NCBI GenBank assembly: GCA_025786725.1
Contig: JAHLTZ010000024.1
Span: 1-64,000, forward strand
Length of the DNA: 64,000 nt
Reading direction: 5' to 3'
Source of the DNA: Syncephalis fuscata S228
Taxonomy: Eukaryota > Fungi > Zoopagomycota
Shown here: positions 48,929 through 63,789 of the stretch, piece after piece
How positions within the stretch are numbered: position 1 is the first letter of the stretch
Layout of the letters: the number at the start of each line of letters is the position of its first letter
Notes under the pieces: model-generated
Seen by the model: only the letters and a program-made list of their open reading frames with translations
Told to the model about the DNA's origin: nothing
The model's database searches: none
Program-made: the position numbers and the translations under genes

Positions 48929-51900
48929 TTTTATTATTATTAAGCTGTGCCTTAATATTAGGCATACCATTTCAATCCACTACATTTTATTGTCATTTAT
49001 CTTTTTTAACTCAAGGCACCTATGAATTTATTGATATCATACTACATTACCCAATAATTATGACACTATTAATGACTATTTTAATTTTATTTTATAAATA
49101 TTAATCTTGAGTTTTCCCTTATAATATTGATGTTAATTTGCAGCTGATACTTGACATTAAACTATCTTTAAAATAATAGATGAATGAACTATCGATCTTT
49201 AAAGAGATATTATTTGCATGGCAAAGTAAATGGATAATCATTTTGTGCTTAAATTCAATGGAACAGCCATAGGCATGTCTTGATTTCTACGTGACAATAT
49301 GATGTATGTTTTGACAGCCATCACGTCGCAATTCCATGTTGTATTGCAAGTTTTGCACCTGAATATAGCGTTTAACTTATGCTTTGATACAGCAATCGCC
49401 ATGCTTTCTAATGGTCTGGTTTACATTGGTTATAATATACTTGCAAAGTATTAATCAACACAAATAAATTTAATAAAACTATTGTCATTATTATTTTCGT
49501 CGTATACTATTGCATATCATTTTACTTTATGCTGATTACATTATATTGTTTATATAGATTGATATGCTTTACTCATTTTACATCATTCTACTATACATTG
49601 AAACATCGCTTGTCGACCACGCTATTAGCAAAAGCTGTTTTATTTATTTTTAACTATCTTTATTTTATATTTCAATTCATTTCCCCTATTCTGCTGTTAT
49701 ATACATTATAGCTTCCTGCCAATATTCATGCACATCCTCCTGCTTATTTATAGAGTTCATTTATTGGTTACTAAATATATCGTGCTAAAATTTTAACTAA
49801 GCAGCAATAAGAAAACATTAACTACGACGGTCAGTACTTTATTAAGGATAGATAGTTGTGCGGTTACTTATGTTGAAAGCATGCTACCCGTGTGCCAATA
49901 TACACAGAATTACTGCAATATTGAATAAACAAAGTAATAATTATGATAGAAAACTCTAATATTTGAAACCACGATAATATGCTACCATTGATTTCAAACT
50001 AACATAAATACATATGAAATCTACTATTGTCAAATTTTAATTCTACAGTTTATTTTAATGTAATTTGATTGTGCACCTGGTATTTCATTATTTTATCATT
50101 GTCAACTAATTTATTTGTACACCAAAATTGTCACGGGTTAATGTGTTGTACATCGCTGGTGTACACTCAAGGCTGGATATACACGATTAAGATAGTCTGA
50201 TAGGTACATTATAGTATCTTTAAATTACTTTATGATCAAGCAACTAACATTATCAATGTTCAAATTTAATATTCTATTATTGAAAATGCCGCTGCGCAAT
50301 AACCAATACTTAATGCCAGCAGTCGATTGCTGAAAATAATACTTGTTTCAAAGATTGGTAGTACAGTGGTACACAATAAGCACCCCATTTTGTAGCTAAG
50401 CTGCAATATCAAATTGAATGACTTGAAAACCAATCAGCACATCTCATGTTTTAAAAGTAGCGCCCATTTATGCACAACAATAAATACCTGTAAATATGCC
50501 TATGTTCAATGTGTTGCTGTTGCATCGGCGTTAAGCGATGTTTGAGAAGCATGCAGATATTGGAAACTTATTGTGTTGGTGAAAATGACAACAAAGGCGT
50601 AGCAATGCCCTATCACCGTTGTCGTAGCACCAATATGTTTTTTAAATTAGCGTTAAACGTCATCTTTTATTAAATAAAATATTGCATTAATAGAAGGTAA
50701 ATGACATTGCATATTAATCAACTATATATTAAACATATACCACGCAGTTTGTATTTAATAACTTGCATTAATAAAAGGTAAATAGAATTGCATTTTATTG
50801 CTTTATACGCTAATTATATGACATGCATGTATGTATTCATACACATAGAATAACCGAAGTTTTTAAGACATTGGTATTGGTATTATAATTGGACTATTAG
50901 TCTCATAAATTTTAGGTATGCATTTGCCAAAAATCAAGACCATTTGACAACTACCGTATGGTCCGTTTATACACCAATTTTAGCCAATACACGATTTATT
51001 CGGCTTTTAATCATGTTGTATATTGCAAACAAACTTGCATTAGTTGTACTTATTCAGCTATGCAGACTATTAGTAATAAATACACGATTTCTTTTCAATT
51101 ACATTTGATTAAGCTATCATACCTATTATCATGTCCGATTTGCATCCAGTGACTAGCAAATATTGTTTTTATAATTTATATTTGGTTCGTTCATTTCATG
51201 CAATATGACAGTAAACATTTTTATTTAACGTGCTATACACTGCTACCTACCATCAGAATGCCAAAAAATATCTTTTAGTGCATTGTACGCTGTGGTCACT
51301 GCTGTTTGCCATTTTTACTAGCCAAACCGTGTGATTGGCAACGTTTCATGTGATTGATGAGTTAATCACGTAATGTATTGTGATACAATGGTTTTAATAG
51401 TCACGTGATATAAACATTATCTTTATCACAGTTGCAGCAACACTATTGATGGTTTCTTTTCGTTTTACTTTATAAATAATAATAAAACTTTATTTTCTAC
51501 TTATGATATTGACAATAAATAATGTAGCAACAATTTTTTGTAATTAATGTTTGTCGTATTTTATATTCTTATCAGCACATCCACATGGCACTATTCAAAA
51601 ACGGTATTTGATTTGATATTCCGTCCTGCGACATTCACATGCTAATAACAAAAATAATTTTCAACTCCGCTAAATATTACAATTCCCCTGAATTCGTTCG
51701 TAGTTTTTCTCGTGTTACCTATCATCTAGTTGATAACTTGTTGATTGATTTACCTTAACAACAGTATTACTAAGAATACTTGCTATATAGCTGTGTGTTG
51801 TTGGTTAGCCTGGGTACCTGTATAAATACGCTTACGTATATCAACTTATTGGTTTGATTTTTAATTACCTACTTAGTGTTGTTTCTTTATTATGCAATCT

Positions 51901-51940
51901 GTGGTAAGTGGCGTACTAAGCTTTATTTTTTCAAATATCA

Positions 51941-53022
51941 ATGCATCTACGCCAGCGTAATTCAGGTTTTTTATCAGGCACGATGGCCACAACAGCCATG
52001 GATGTTGCATCTGCCCTGGGCACTGCCACATCCACAGTATTTAATGCCGTCAAGCCATCGTCACGTATTGCTGGATGGCGTAGTGCCGTTGCATTAGCAA
52101 AATCAAATTCATTTGAGCATCATATGTCGGACGACATGGATGATAATATTACTTTAGTGAGTAATGGTGATAATAGTCATAATGATCATTGCGCACCACA
52201 TTTATCTCCTGCCGATCTGTACGAAGCGGCATCTCGATTAAGTCGTGCTGCAGAAGCAGCTGCCAATGGCGACCAAGAAATGGCTCATATACAATATTGC
52301 GCGGGATTAGCCAACACAATATCCGCGGCTTCCGGTAAGTCTATTTAACAGCCGTTGTCAAGCCACAATGCTAACCAAGATACCGCTGATTAGATGATCA
52401 AGGTAACTGGTATCCAGATATTAGCCACAAAATGCAAGATAATGCATTAAAGGCAATGGGCAATGAGGCAGCAAACGTAAATTTTAATGACGCTTTATTA
52501 ATGCAACAATCAAATAGCGAGTTATTGGACGGCTATAATCTACGCTACCAAGGCTCCGATGCTAGCTTGCGCTCATCCACGTCATCTGCTACTAATGACT
52601 CGTATGAAACAAAAGAAGCGCCCAAACAGAATTTATCACTTGCACAAGCTATTATGGATGTCATGATTGCCCTTGCCATTTTCATTCGCCAGTCTCCCAT
52701 TCCTGATGCATGCCAGGCAATAATTGAAGCTTGTTGGCACACAATAGTACAGCTGGACGCCACGCTGGAGCTGCGAAAACGAGCCATTCAGATGCTCGTT
52801 CATTCTATGTATTTTTTTATTGAACTTGATCGTAAGCACCACCTAATGGCTAAAATGGGCCAGATGGCTACAACACTATTTAGCGCCTTCTCGGCTGCTC
52901 TGCAAGCCTACAACAATACTACGCCTTATAGCGAGTTACAAAAAATTATGATCATAGAAGCACAACAACTGCTACCGCTATATGACTTTAGATTAGTTTT
53001 TTACAATATTATATATAAATAA
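51941..53022 (+). CDS. Hypothetical two-exon protein (possible MIT-like helical segment)
   Basis: ORFs 51941-52348 and 52432-53022 appear joined by a GT-AG intron (~52334-52393); LYEAASRLSRAAEAAANGDQEMAHIQYCAGL; the true stop may differ. Confidence 0.6.
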
Positions 53023-53044
53023 CTTTGCATATGTTTAATATATG

Positions 53045-53900
53045 GAGCTATTTTACTTTGACTTTTACATTTTTATTTACTCATTTCATTCCATCCCTTA
53101 ACGCTTTTAGATACAATTAAACATTCACTCATCACTATAACATGTGTAATATTGCATTCAACATTAGTTAATTCATGTGTAATTATCAATACAATAATGT
53201 AATTAACTAGTTATCTTTATTATTGCTTAATATATATACATTGTCATTATGATATTAATTGTTTAAATGTCATTTATTTAGTCAGATTGGCTATAGGAAA
53301 AGTGACTGTTTAATAAACTACTTTTTATAATAGTTATATTAATCTTGAGTTTACATCACAAATATGCCCAAAATGCAATAGTAGAATAGTAGAAAATAGA
53401 AGAGACCATTCAGATGCAATAATTTATGTTGTACGTAGATCCAACAATAACAAATGCAGAACGATATGGAATTGCAATCATGTTACTTTTATTAATATTC
53501 AATCAATCTTTTTACACATGGCCAACAACAATAATAATCAACCTTAAATGTTTCAAAAAATCAAATAATATGATTTAATTGCAAATGGCTCATTGAATAA
53601 TATTCGCGTAATTAAACTACACAGTCAATCTATTGAACATGATGGTGAGTGGTGAATGACATTAATTATCAAATACTTATCATCATAGATTTATTATCCA
53701 GTATGTGTATATTCAATAGACATATATATCGTCAATATATATATGCCTATACCACTATATAGCATTCTACGATATACTAAACACATTTTATTCATTATAT
53801 GTTGGAATATACTTTATTCAATCCACTCCTTGCATTATACGCACTATAACACTATTGGTTATACTATTCCATTATATACCCATCCTATTATACATCGTTA
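53045..53900. repeat. Composite repeat: homolog of the 18.7-kb repeat plus a solo MITE end (53600-53900) of the 29.4-kb family
   Basis: AATCTATTGAACATGATGGTGAGTGGTGAATGACATTAATTATCAAATACTTATCATCATAGATTTATTATCCAGTATG matches the TIR at ~29505 and ~34865. Confidence 0.8.
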
Positions 53901-54059
53901 TATCACATAATAATCATGCTGTATTAGTAAAAATCATTTATTTATTATTAACTGTGTTTATTATATAATGTTGTGTAGAATCACTAGCTGTACATGATAG
54001 TATTTTAAGGAGATCAATAAAAATAAAAGTAAACAAATCGCTGTTTATTCTCTTTAATC

Positions 54060-55701
54060 ATGAATCCAATGTTGGCTACCAGATTAGTTAGTAATTGGCG
54101 ACGCCCGGTCGTTCAAAATGCGCGATCTGTACGGCTTCAACCTCTTTCTATGCAACTGCTAGTTGATTGCCGGGCTGGAGTGCATAGAGTGCCGATTCAG
54201 CGTTCATTAACTACGCAGCCAACACCACCACCACCATCTAAGCGACGCTTTTCCCGCCTAACACAATTGTCGCTTTTAGCCGGTGGATTAGGTATTGGCT
54301 ACGTGGCCGTCAATGCCTATGTCAATCCTAAAGGCGTAGTTGGCCCTTGGCAGGTAAGTATTGTCGCGTTTATGTCTTCTAGTAATAATAATTTACAGTA
54401 ACAATGACACCGCCATTGCCATTGCCATTGCCATTAATCAAGGTGCGATTTGCCACGGCTCTTCCTCTAAAAGGTCTATCCCGTTTCTTTGGCTGGTTCA
54501 ATGAACTAACGCTGCCGATGTGGTTTCGACGTCCCGGCCTACATTTTTACGCCTGGGTATTTGGCTGTAACTTAAGTGAGATGGAGGATCCAGATTTGAC
54601 ACACTACGACAATCTGGCCGATTTTTTTTATAGAAAACTGCGTAAAGATGCACGACCCATTGACAAAGGCATTCTAGTAAGTTTACGATTTATTTATTAA
54701 ACAGTGATTAATCGTCTAAACATTTATAGGTAAGTCCGGCTGATGGTCGTGTACTACACTATGGTGTGGTGGTAGGCCGCCAAGTCGAGCAGGTTAAAGG
54801 TGTCACTTATAGTTTAGATGCCTTCCTCGGCACACGAATGGCCAAGCTGCCAAACGAAATTGAAAAAGTGCTAAGCGATACACATTCGTCAAGTGTAGTC
54901 GGTGATCGCGATTTTGCCGAGATTAACGGTATTCCTTATAGTATCGATGAATTGTTGTCAGGCGGTACAAGAGTAGAGGCAGTTCACGAAGATAACGCAG
55001 CCAACAATATTACTACACCTGATGAAATTGCACAAACAGAGAATCAGCCACAACCAGATCCTGTATTACAACGACTGCAGCCAGGCCACCGTTTGTATTA
55101 CTGTGTTATTTATTTGGCACCTGGCGATTACCATCGATTCCATTCACCGGCCAATTGGGTCATCCATAGCCGTAGACACTTTGCCGGTGAACTTTACTCA
55201 GTCTCGCCGTATATGGCCAACATGCTAAAAGATTATTTGTACTTAATGAACGGTTGTATTGTTTGGACGCTGGCGCTATGGATTCTTTTCAATGACCCCG
55301 GTTGGTGCTACTAATGTAGGCTCTATTCGAATTAAATTTGATCAAGTAAGCTATACACATTAGTTATTCTTGCTTAACAAAGCGTTTATTAACTTGTCAA
55401 CAAATAGGAATTGGCCACGAACAAAATGGAGAAACAACTACCATATGGCACGTTTACCGAAGCATCCTACGCGTCCTTTAGCCAGATCCTAGGCGGTAAA
55501 GCAACTGAATCTGGAGAAGAAATTGGCGGGTTCCGACTAGGATCGACGGTGGTGCTGCTGTTTGAAGCACCTGAGTCGTTTGAATTTACACTTACCCAAA
55601 ACGAACAAGTTCGTATGGGCCAGCGTATAGGCCAGTTAAAGGCCCAAGACCAAGAGGCAGGACGAGTAGTAGCAGAGAAGGAAGAAGTAGTGGTAGTATA
55701 A
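54060..55701 (+). CDS. PSD1: Mitochondrial phosphatidylserine decarboxylase proenzyme
   Basis: Presequence-like N-terminus, [59 protein letters not shown] (LGST autocleavage); apparent frameshifts at ~55235-55260. Confidence 0.95.
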
Positions 55702-55802
55702 TAATAGTAATGAAAAAGGCCATTCATTAGAATTGATGCCATGAAAGAATACAATAAACGATCTTATGTAAACAAACAAACAAACAAGCAAACAATAATC
55801 GA

Positions 55803-58800
55803 TTAAATAACTTGTAACGGTAATTCCGGCAACGGTTTATCGCTATTAGTAGTCGCTAGTAGCTCAGTAGTCTTGGGCAATGGCTTTCTTCCCCAAGCAA
55901 TATAAATGTTAATAAAGCCTTTTGTTTGTTCTGCCTCTTTTTCTAATGCATCGAGGGCGTGTTCGAGCATGCTACGTGTCACATCAATAGTATTGAAATG
56001 CACAGCAAGTCCTAGAATGAACTGCCGATACGTTTGTTTATGCGTAGTACCAATACGGCCACCCCAATCACCCAATGGACACGGCAATGCTTGGTAGTGC
56101 ACATTTTCAAATCCAGATTTACGTATAATAGAGCGTAGATTTTGCGGTGCATCTAGTTGAATGGCATATCGATCGCTTAATCGACGGAACCAATCGTTTA
56201 GTTGTTCGCCCTGTGGACCTATCGAACGAAGTAGATGATCTGTTTCGACCAACTCTACTAATCCACGTGGCGATAGTACACGTAACCATTCAGCACTAAT
56301 AGTCGGCCAGCCTTCCTTGCCTGATGGGAAGGCCAGTAACATTTGACGTTGATAGACATAGTCAAAATAGCCATCAGGATACGGCAAGCCTAATAAATAG
56401 TAGTAGTTAGTTAATATAAATTAATCTAGTATACTAATATGTATAGTAAAAACTTACCTTTCATAATATCGCCATATTGGAAACTACACTGACTAGTGGG
56501 AGGTGTGGATGGCATAATAGCTTCATCGTTATCACAGCCATGTATTTCACAAAATGGATATTCATCAGCCATACTCTAATAGAATTAGTTAGATATTTAT
56601 ATTTAATAATATCCAGTGTAATCACCTGAACCCATTCACCAGTACCGGTACCTAGATCGAGTACACGTTTTGGCTGTGATATCGGTGCCATGCATAATGT
56701 GCCAAGAAAGTGTAATAGCATAGTATGTTGCTGATCCAACCTATCCGTATTTATTAATACTTATTAATAGATACTATTGTTAATTACCTTTCAGCTTCTT
56801 CAGGTGAACGTGGCATCATATAAGTACGATAATTTAATGACTGAACTAATGGCATATTTGGTATTGTTGTGCCCCGTGGCCATGAAAAGCTACCACGTAG
56901 TGCTTGCAGTCCTCGTTTCATTCGTTTACCCAATACATCAGCAGAGGGACGTGATTTAGTCAATGTATTTGACGTAGCTGGTAATGTCACTTCAACATCA
57001 TGATGGCTTGAATTGCCACCACTATTTTCATCTAAAGGACGATAGGCAAGATAGCAGTAGAGTTGTAACTGAACATTATGCTTTGTATCGCACTCTTCCT
57101 CCCATTCTTCCAACAGGGTATTCAACTCTTCACTGGATACGCCTATTGATTGCATATAGGGAAATAGCAGGTTCACTCGTGTTTTATAGTATCGCTTAGC
57201 ACATATGCCTTCTAAGCCGGCCCATTTACCCATACGCAATTGTCGAACTGTACGAGAAATCTCGTGAAAGCCAGAAGTGACCAATCGCCGATCAATAGTG
57301 GTCACACGTCCTACACCCAATTTATGACGTGTTGTTGCAGCTGAAATCAATGTATTCAGCCTCTTACTAGCCAGTCCTTTACCGGTAGTTTGTAGATCAC
57401 ACTCAATAATCTCTACTAATCCACCGGGAATTAACATGCGATATATTTCTTTGAATGTAGTTAACCAATCAATTTCTGCGTTAGATATAGTTAGTGCCAT
57501 ATCTCGTTGATAGACATAGTCAAAATAGGCATTAGGATAGGGTAGCCCTATTAATAGTGTTAAACACGAATAGCTATTACAATTAATATAGTTACCTTGC
57601 GTAATATCACCACAAGCCATTATACAATTTGATGCTAATGGCTTATGAGTGCTGAAATATTGATCAGTAGCATCAACACCAATGAACTCTGTTGTTGGAT
57701 ACTTGTTAGCTGTATCCTGTATAGCATCAAATAGTTAATGTAGAACATTTAAATGCTAATAATCAACTTACTTTAATCCAAACACCAGTACCAGCTGCAA
57801 TATTAAGAATACGACGCGGCTGTTGAAGAATAGCCGCATGGGTGCCGTGAAGGGCCGTCATCATTGTTACATGAAGTGTATCAGCACTGGTACTATTGTG
57901 TTAATAGCCATGTAGAATGATATTCAGCTACAACTTACTCGTGTACATTACGGCCGAATCCCATAACAGTTTGTCGTCGACGTATAATACGTGGTCTTTT
58001 TAATGTACCTACAAATTGTGAAAATGTATGGGCAACTGAGATACGGCGCTGTGGTGTAGGTAGTGCAGCCGCCACTGCCATCATTGAATGCGGTCTACTA
58101 CGAATGATAGATAATCTACGTGTTGGTGCTGCTGTTAATGCTGCTGCTGTTGTTGCTGGATCTTCTGCTGGATTTGACATATTAGTGCCAAAGAATGTAT
58201 GTCGCCATTGCGAAGGAGCAGAAAGTACTTTATTTCTTAGTCGAACAGGCGGTGCATCGCCCGATAGTGCCCGATCAACGGACATGGATCTAAATCGTAT
58301 GTTAAGTTGAATATTATAGTGACTAGTAAGCCAGTTACCTTTGTTCAGTAGTAATAATGATAGGAGAAGGTAATGGATGGTCGGTAAGTGACGAGCATGA
58401 AGATGAAGACCGATGGCCAGACGATAATGATAGTGCTGGTGTAGTGGCACGCCATACACTAACAAACATCTTACTGCCTGTCTTGCCAAGTGCTTCATGA
58501 TACTCATCAATGGTCGTGTCAATCTGTTCTGCCGTAATATCCGGCAGCGTCAGTAATCTGTTACGTAATTGTCGCCATGCATCACGAGAACAATCGAGTC
58601 CAGTAGGACCTGTGGCGGTACTGCTAGTGCTTATTGGCACTGCCACAACACTTTGCTGTACACTACTACAATGAATACGAAGGGCTGCATTGATGAGATC
58701 TGCGGGTATAATAACTGAAGTATCCGTGGCATCCGAAGTGTGTAGTTGTTTAAGCCAGCCGCGTAATTGATGGACCGCCGGCACATCAAGTGGCACTAAG

Positions 58801-59530
58801 TTAGGCGGTAGAAATAAATCCAAACGGGCACCGGGACGAGCCACTCGACACAGTTCTTCAATTACTTGTGACCATGTTGTAGTGGTGATTTCACTCCATA
58901 ATAATGGCACACAAAATCGGATATGATCAAATTGGCGGTCAGCCAATGCAAGTCCTACAATAACAATAATAGTAAGAAAAACAACACCGATGGCCGCCAA
59001 GTCAATGGATTAGTTATTTTTGTTGATCATGATATTTGTATTTATATTAGACTTTTGGTATTTAATTATACTGTATTGCAATATACTACACTTACCATCA
59101 CGTATATCTGCTTTAATGGCTACACAGCCTGGCAAAAGCTTCTCTTCCGCGTTATCGCACAGTAAAGAGCCACAAGCAATATGACGACCCGCTGGATGTA
59201 TTTTGGCTGCCTTCTATTCTCGCATTGCAGCGTATATATACATATAATACATAATATATAATACATAGTATATCAGTACAGCTGCAGGATAGTCGAAATA
59301 GAACGTCATGCTTGTACACACACATACAAACACATCAGGTACTGGCACGACGTTCAACTATATACATATCTATGTACACTTACCGTTATCCACTGGGTGT
59401 CACAGGCCTCAACGTCCAACGCTGAGGAACTAGACGGCAATACTGACCACAAATGGCCCAAGTGTGATTCCAACCAGCGGTTCTGTTCTCTAACAAGCTC
59501 TAGACGCTCTTGTATAGAGTCGGCCGCCAT
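55803..59530 (-). CDS. Protein with three tandem class I SAM-methyltransferase domains (LaeA-like/Methyltransf_23-25 type); first domain degenerate
   Basis: Motif I variants ALDVEACDTQW, ILNIAAGTGVW and VLDLGTGTGEW; GLALADRQFDHI / GLPYPNAYFDYV / GLPYPDGYFDYV; introns at equivalent positions in each domain. Confidence 0.8.
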
Positions 59531-60747
59531 AATCACAGGCTAATGAAAGGCGGTTTGTAAGATGAAGGTTAATAATTATACGATAGAGTTGTAGTTAAAA
59601 TGGGCAAATAAAAAGTGTGTATGGTCGGTGGTAACAGCAGCAACGACCGCATGTGGAGACTCGCCTTCTTTCTTGTAAGACGGTAGCTGCACACCCACAC
59701 ATCCACACACCCATACACAACAGGTACCTACCCACAAAGCTCATGCGTACACGCAAATACCGGCTATACAATACAGTGGATACGGGTGCGGTCGCCGCTA
59801 TTACTGCACCTTCGGTAAGGAGTGTTATGTGTGTAAATCCAGTTATGATAAGCAATATCACGTGGAATGCATCTCTGCTCTCTTTGGCACGTGCGTCTAC
59901 GACAGTCACTGGCACTTGGCAGTTCTCTACAAGCTAAACGACGAAGATTGTCGTCGATCTTTGTAAAGGCTAAGTAGACTAAATATATACAGTTGAATAT
60001 TTTGGTTCACGATTTACATTAATTAATAGATCGCCGTATGGTAATCCAATCATGCACTACAATGTATTACAATATATTATGAGTAAATAAATTTGTTAAT
60101 ATTAATAATTAAAGCAAAGTATTGATTCATACTATTAGTTAGTAGTAGCATATTGATTTATTAATGGCTACAAGCAACAACAACAACAATAATGCTAGCA
60201 CTGTCTAATATCTAATTACTAGTAAACAATTAAATCTCCGATTTATCATACAAATCAGTGTAAGAAAAAACCGTTTAGTCTCAACTGAACTGGATTGTTT
60301 CGTAAACTATTCATAATTATTGCGATCGTTACTACAGCCATTAGTAATAACAATAATAAAATGATGTTGTGAATACAGTAGCTAATGACCATTTATTACG
60401 CAGGTACACGTTTATAGTACTACCTTGTCATTTATGCGTCATCTCTCTTTTTGGTTTCACTGCAGTATTTAAAATGGCAATATCGCCTTGAAACTTACTG
60501 CCAGTTCAACTTTACAGATGACGTCACCCTAGCGCTATGTTTATGCGTTATGCCGTGTTGTGAAATCGTGTCGTGTCGTATCATATAAAACAGCCGCGAC
60601 TTCACAACACTTATCTCAAGTATTAACTCATTCAATTTAACCTTTTATATCTGACTACCACTATCCAACTACTGATTCTTTTACTGTTGAACGTTTACTC
60701 TTTCTCTTTCTATATCTCTTTCTATCACTACGTGTTCTTTTGTCAAT

Positions 60748-61465
60748 ATGTCTCGTAAGCATAACGGCGGAAATACTGGCGACCGTGTTGTATTTAAGGC
60801 AGACAACGGCGATGAATTCTTTATATTTGTTGATCCTGACATGGTAAGTAGCTGGCGTGTCGCCTGATTTAATACTAACAACTAAATAAACTACAAATAT
60901 AGTTTTTAAAGCGCAAGAAGGGTAAGTACAGCGATAGCACCGCGTTATACATGCTATTAATTAATTGGTCTACCTAGACACATCCGTGCCACTTGTAGAT
61001 GTCGTTCAAAGTAAGTATTTACCTTTATTATCCTTCCCTCTCCACCACATTTTTGTGTATTTACATCTTTAATGCTTACTAATTACAAAACTGTCCATAG
61101 CATTCGACGTCTTCGCCACTGAAACAGGCGGTAACGACGGCAAAGCCGGACGGGCCTCTATGCAAAGTCTAAGGTAGGTAATCATTACTATTGCTGTTAC
61201 TACCATTAGATACAGTCACATTTGATTAACTATGCCATTTACACTTCTTTCTAGTAATGCACTGGAAGTCTCCAATGTCGACGATGCCATTCAATACATC
61301 ATCGATCATGGTCAACTACATGGTAGACAAGATTTGGGCAGCACCAATGCCCGTGCACGTAAGTATAAGTATAATGTATAATGAATTACAACTGGTTAAT
61401 GATATATTATTATGATTATGATTACAACAGCATTAAATATCTCGCGTGGCTATGATCGAAGCTAA
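60748..61465 (+). CDS. RTC3: Rtc3/YHR087W-like protein (SBDS N-terminal fold)
   Basis: DRVVFKADNGDEFFIFVDPD, DTSVPLVDVVQ-FDVF, GRASMQSLSNAL...DDAIQYIIDHG. Confidence 0.78.
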
Positions 61466-61715
61466 ATGTATAAACTATACAATTAAATCCATTTTCAGTT
61501 GTTAAGCTTGTTTTTCTCGCAGTCGATATGATATAATATTGCACGGAGATGGTTGAAAGCAAATAAACAGCAAAGTGTTATACGAATTGATAAGACTAGA
61601 GTGTATTTATAATACGTATTTGTTCTTTGTCTTAATGGATAATAATGATACTGATTGGTGGTGATGGTACTTTAGTTGTTGTTGTTGTTATGGTAGCATG
61701 TATATCGACCATGAT

Positions 61716-63789
61716 CTATTTGGAAAAGCTATAGTTGATTTGCTCTTTAGTAGCTAGATAACGACGATTACTGCTGATGCTAGATTGAGTTAGGCCTAGA
61801 TTTTGAAAATAGGCATGCTCTAGCAATACATCGGCACAGAGCCGTTCTTCAGGATTGGGTGCAAGCATAGACATAACAAGTTGGCTGGCCTCGTTGTTTG
61901 GTAGTTTTGTCGTAAATGCCAATCCGCTTTGTGCTCGATCTTTTAACGACTGTCTCGTCCAATTAACATAGGACGATAGACCGAATCATTTGCTTGATTT
62001 GCTTGGCACCACGGATTCCTACCACACAGCATAGTCAAATAGACAATACCACACGACCTATTGATAGAATAATAGTAATAATTAGCTAAAAACATAAACA
62101 TTTAGCGAATACACTTACCAAATATCAGCACTGCGAGCATCATGCCAGTCGTCGTTAAAGGTCTCTGGTGCCATATATGGCCGACTACCAGCCTGTCCAC
62201 GGGTCATACTGATATTTCTTTCCCAGCATTGCCTGAATACTTCGGCAGAACCTAGTAAAATAATGAGCCTACTAATAATGCACCATTAACACTATAACTT
62301 ACCAAAATCAGCTATTTTTACTTGGCCTTCGCTATCAAATAGAATGTTTTCTGGTTTGATATCCCTAGTATGCATATATTAATACAATAAATCTATCGTT
62401 TATTCATTCATCTTACCGATGGGCCACGCCTTTGTTGTGCATATAGGCAATACCTTTAAGCATATAGTATAGAATGTGGCCAGCCTCATTTGGCTGAAGC
62501 TGCTGTTTACGTATACGGCCAAAAAGATCTCCATTGGGACAGTACTCCTAGTGATATAACAGTTAAGCAACGTGGCCATTAATGCCGCACTGGCTACTTA
62601 CAAGGATCTGGCACCAATGATTCTGGTCAAGACGTACTAAATCTAAAACGGGTACTAAATTTGGATGCTTTAATGTAGATTGGATACAAAATTCGGCAGC
62701 TACAATCTTGCTGAATTGACGATCGGAAAAATGGTGCTGTTCACGAGTGCGGAATATTTTTTTTACAGCTAATGCACGCCCTGTGTGTGGATTATGCACA
62801 GCCATACTATTCAGGTCATTAACGGTGTTTTGAGAGGCTCGTCGTTGATGCTGTACAGTTTGATATGAATGTGTAGGTTGTCCAATCGATGCATCAGATG
62901 TAGAGGCCCGTCGACGTGGAAAGGCCAATCTTACCACGGATGTGGCACCTCGTCCAATAACAAGTTTCTTACGATGCCATTCATAGTCGGTGGCAAACCA
63001 GCGCTCCCCATTACAAACATCAGATAAATGGCGCTGTCCAGATCCATTGGCTATAGATGTCATGTGCATGGTTGATAACGATTTAGAAAGTGTAGGATTA
63101 AAGGTAGGCTGAACTATCTTTGGTGTTGAAGAGACAGATGGACGGCCTATAAGTAGCTTTTGCAAAAATGAACGTTTACCAGACATGGCCATCATTGTTT
63201 CAATCGATTTTGGCTCCTCTATCGGCGTTGATAATGACCGATAGGGTGCAATTTGAGCAAACTGAGCGGTCGGACTGGCTAGTTCGGGAAATTCAGCTTC
63301 ATTAGGACTTGGCTCATCACATAAAACGGGCAACTCCGTGCAAAATTCTTCGTGCATCATATGGTTTTTTAAATTGTCACTATTATGACTGCTATTGCTA
63401 TTACTTGAACCGAATAGTGCCAGAAAGCGGTTCCGAGTGCCTTCCTTTGTCGGTGCCGACCAAGTAACCCGTCTTTGCAGTCTACTTACTACGGAAGGTT
63501 GTCGTTTTACGTGTGACGACGACGATGTAGGTGGAGTAATATAGTCGGTCGGTGTGGTGATCAAGCTAGCGTCCAAGCCGTTCAAATCACTTAATGATGA
63601 TCCGGATGTTGAGTAGCCGTTAGTAGAGGTAGAATTGGTAGTGGCAGTGCAAGTGGCAGTTAATAGTATGGTCGGTGCCAGATGTTGTTGTTTAAGTAAG
63701 TTCTGCACCACAGGCATATCGTGGACGGAACAAGGCAGTCCGCATAAACAAGAACATGATTTATTCACCACGATAGGCCCAGTGTCCAT
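61716..63789 (-). CDS. Fungal Hal/Npr-family Ser/Thr kinase (Hrk1/Sat4-like)
   Basis: IGRGATSVVRL, ALAVK, AEFCIQSTLKHPNLV, HRDIKPEN, ADFGSAEVFRQCWE, GSRPYMAPE; long disordered N-terminus. Confidence 0.9.

Noticed and set aside
50680-50800. Short imperfect direct repeat (TTGCATTAATA.AAGGTAAAT) as a CRISPR-like or regulatory array
   Set aside because: Only two units, in AT-rich eukaryotic intergenic DNA
14630-55270. Formin, TIP41, PSD1, PEX7 and kinesin as pseudogenes or programmed frameshifts
   Set aside because: Scattered single-base losses across many conserved genes point to long-read consensus errors
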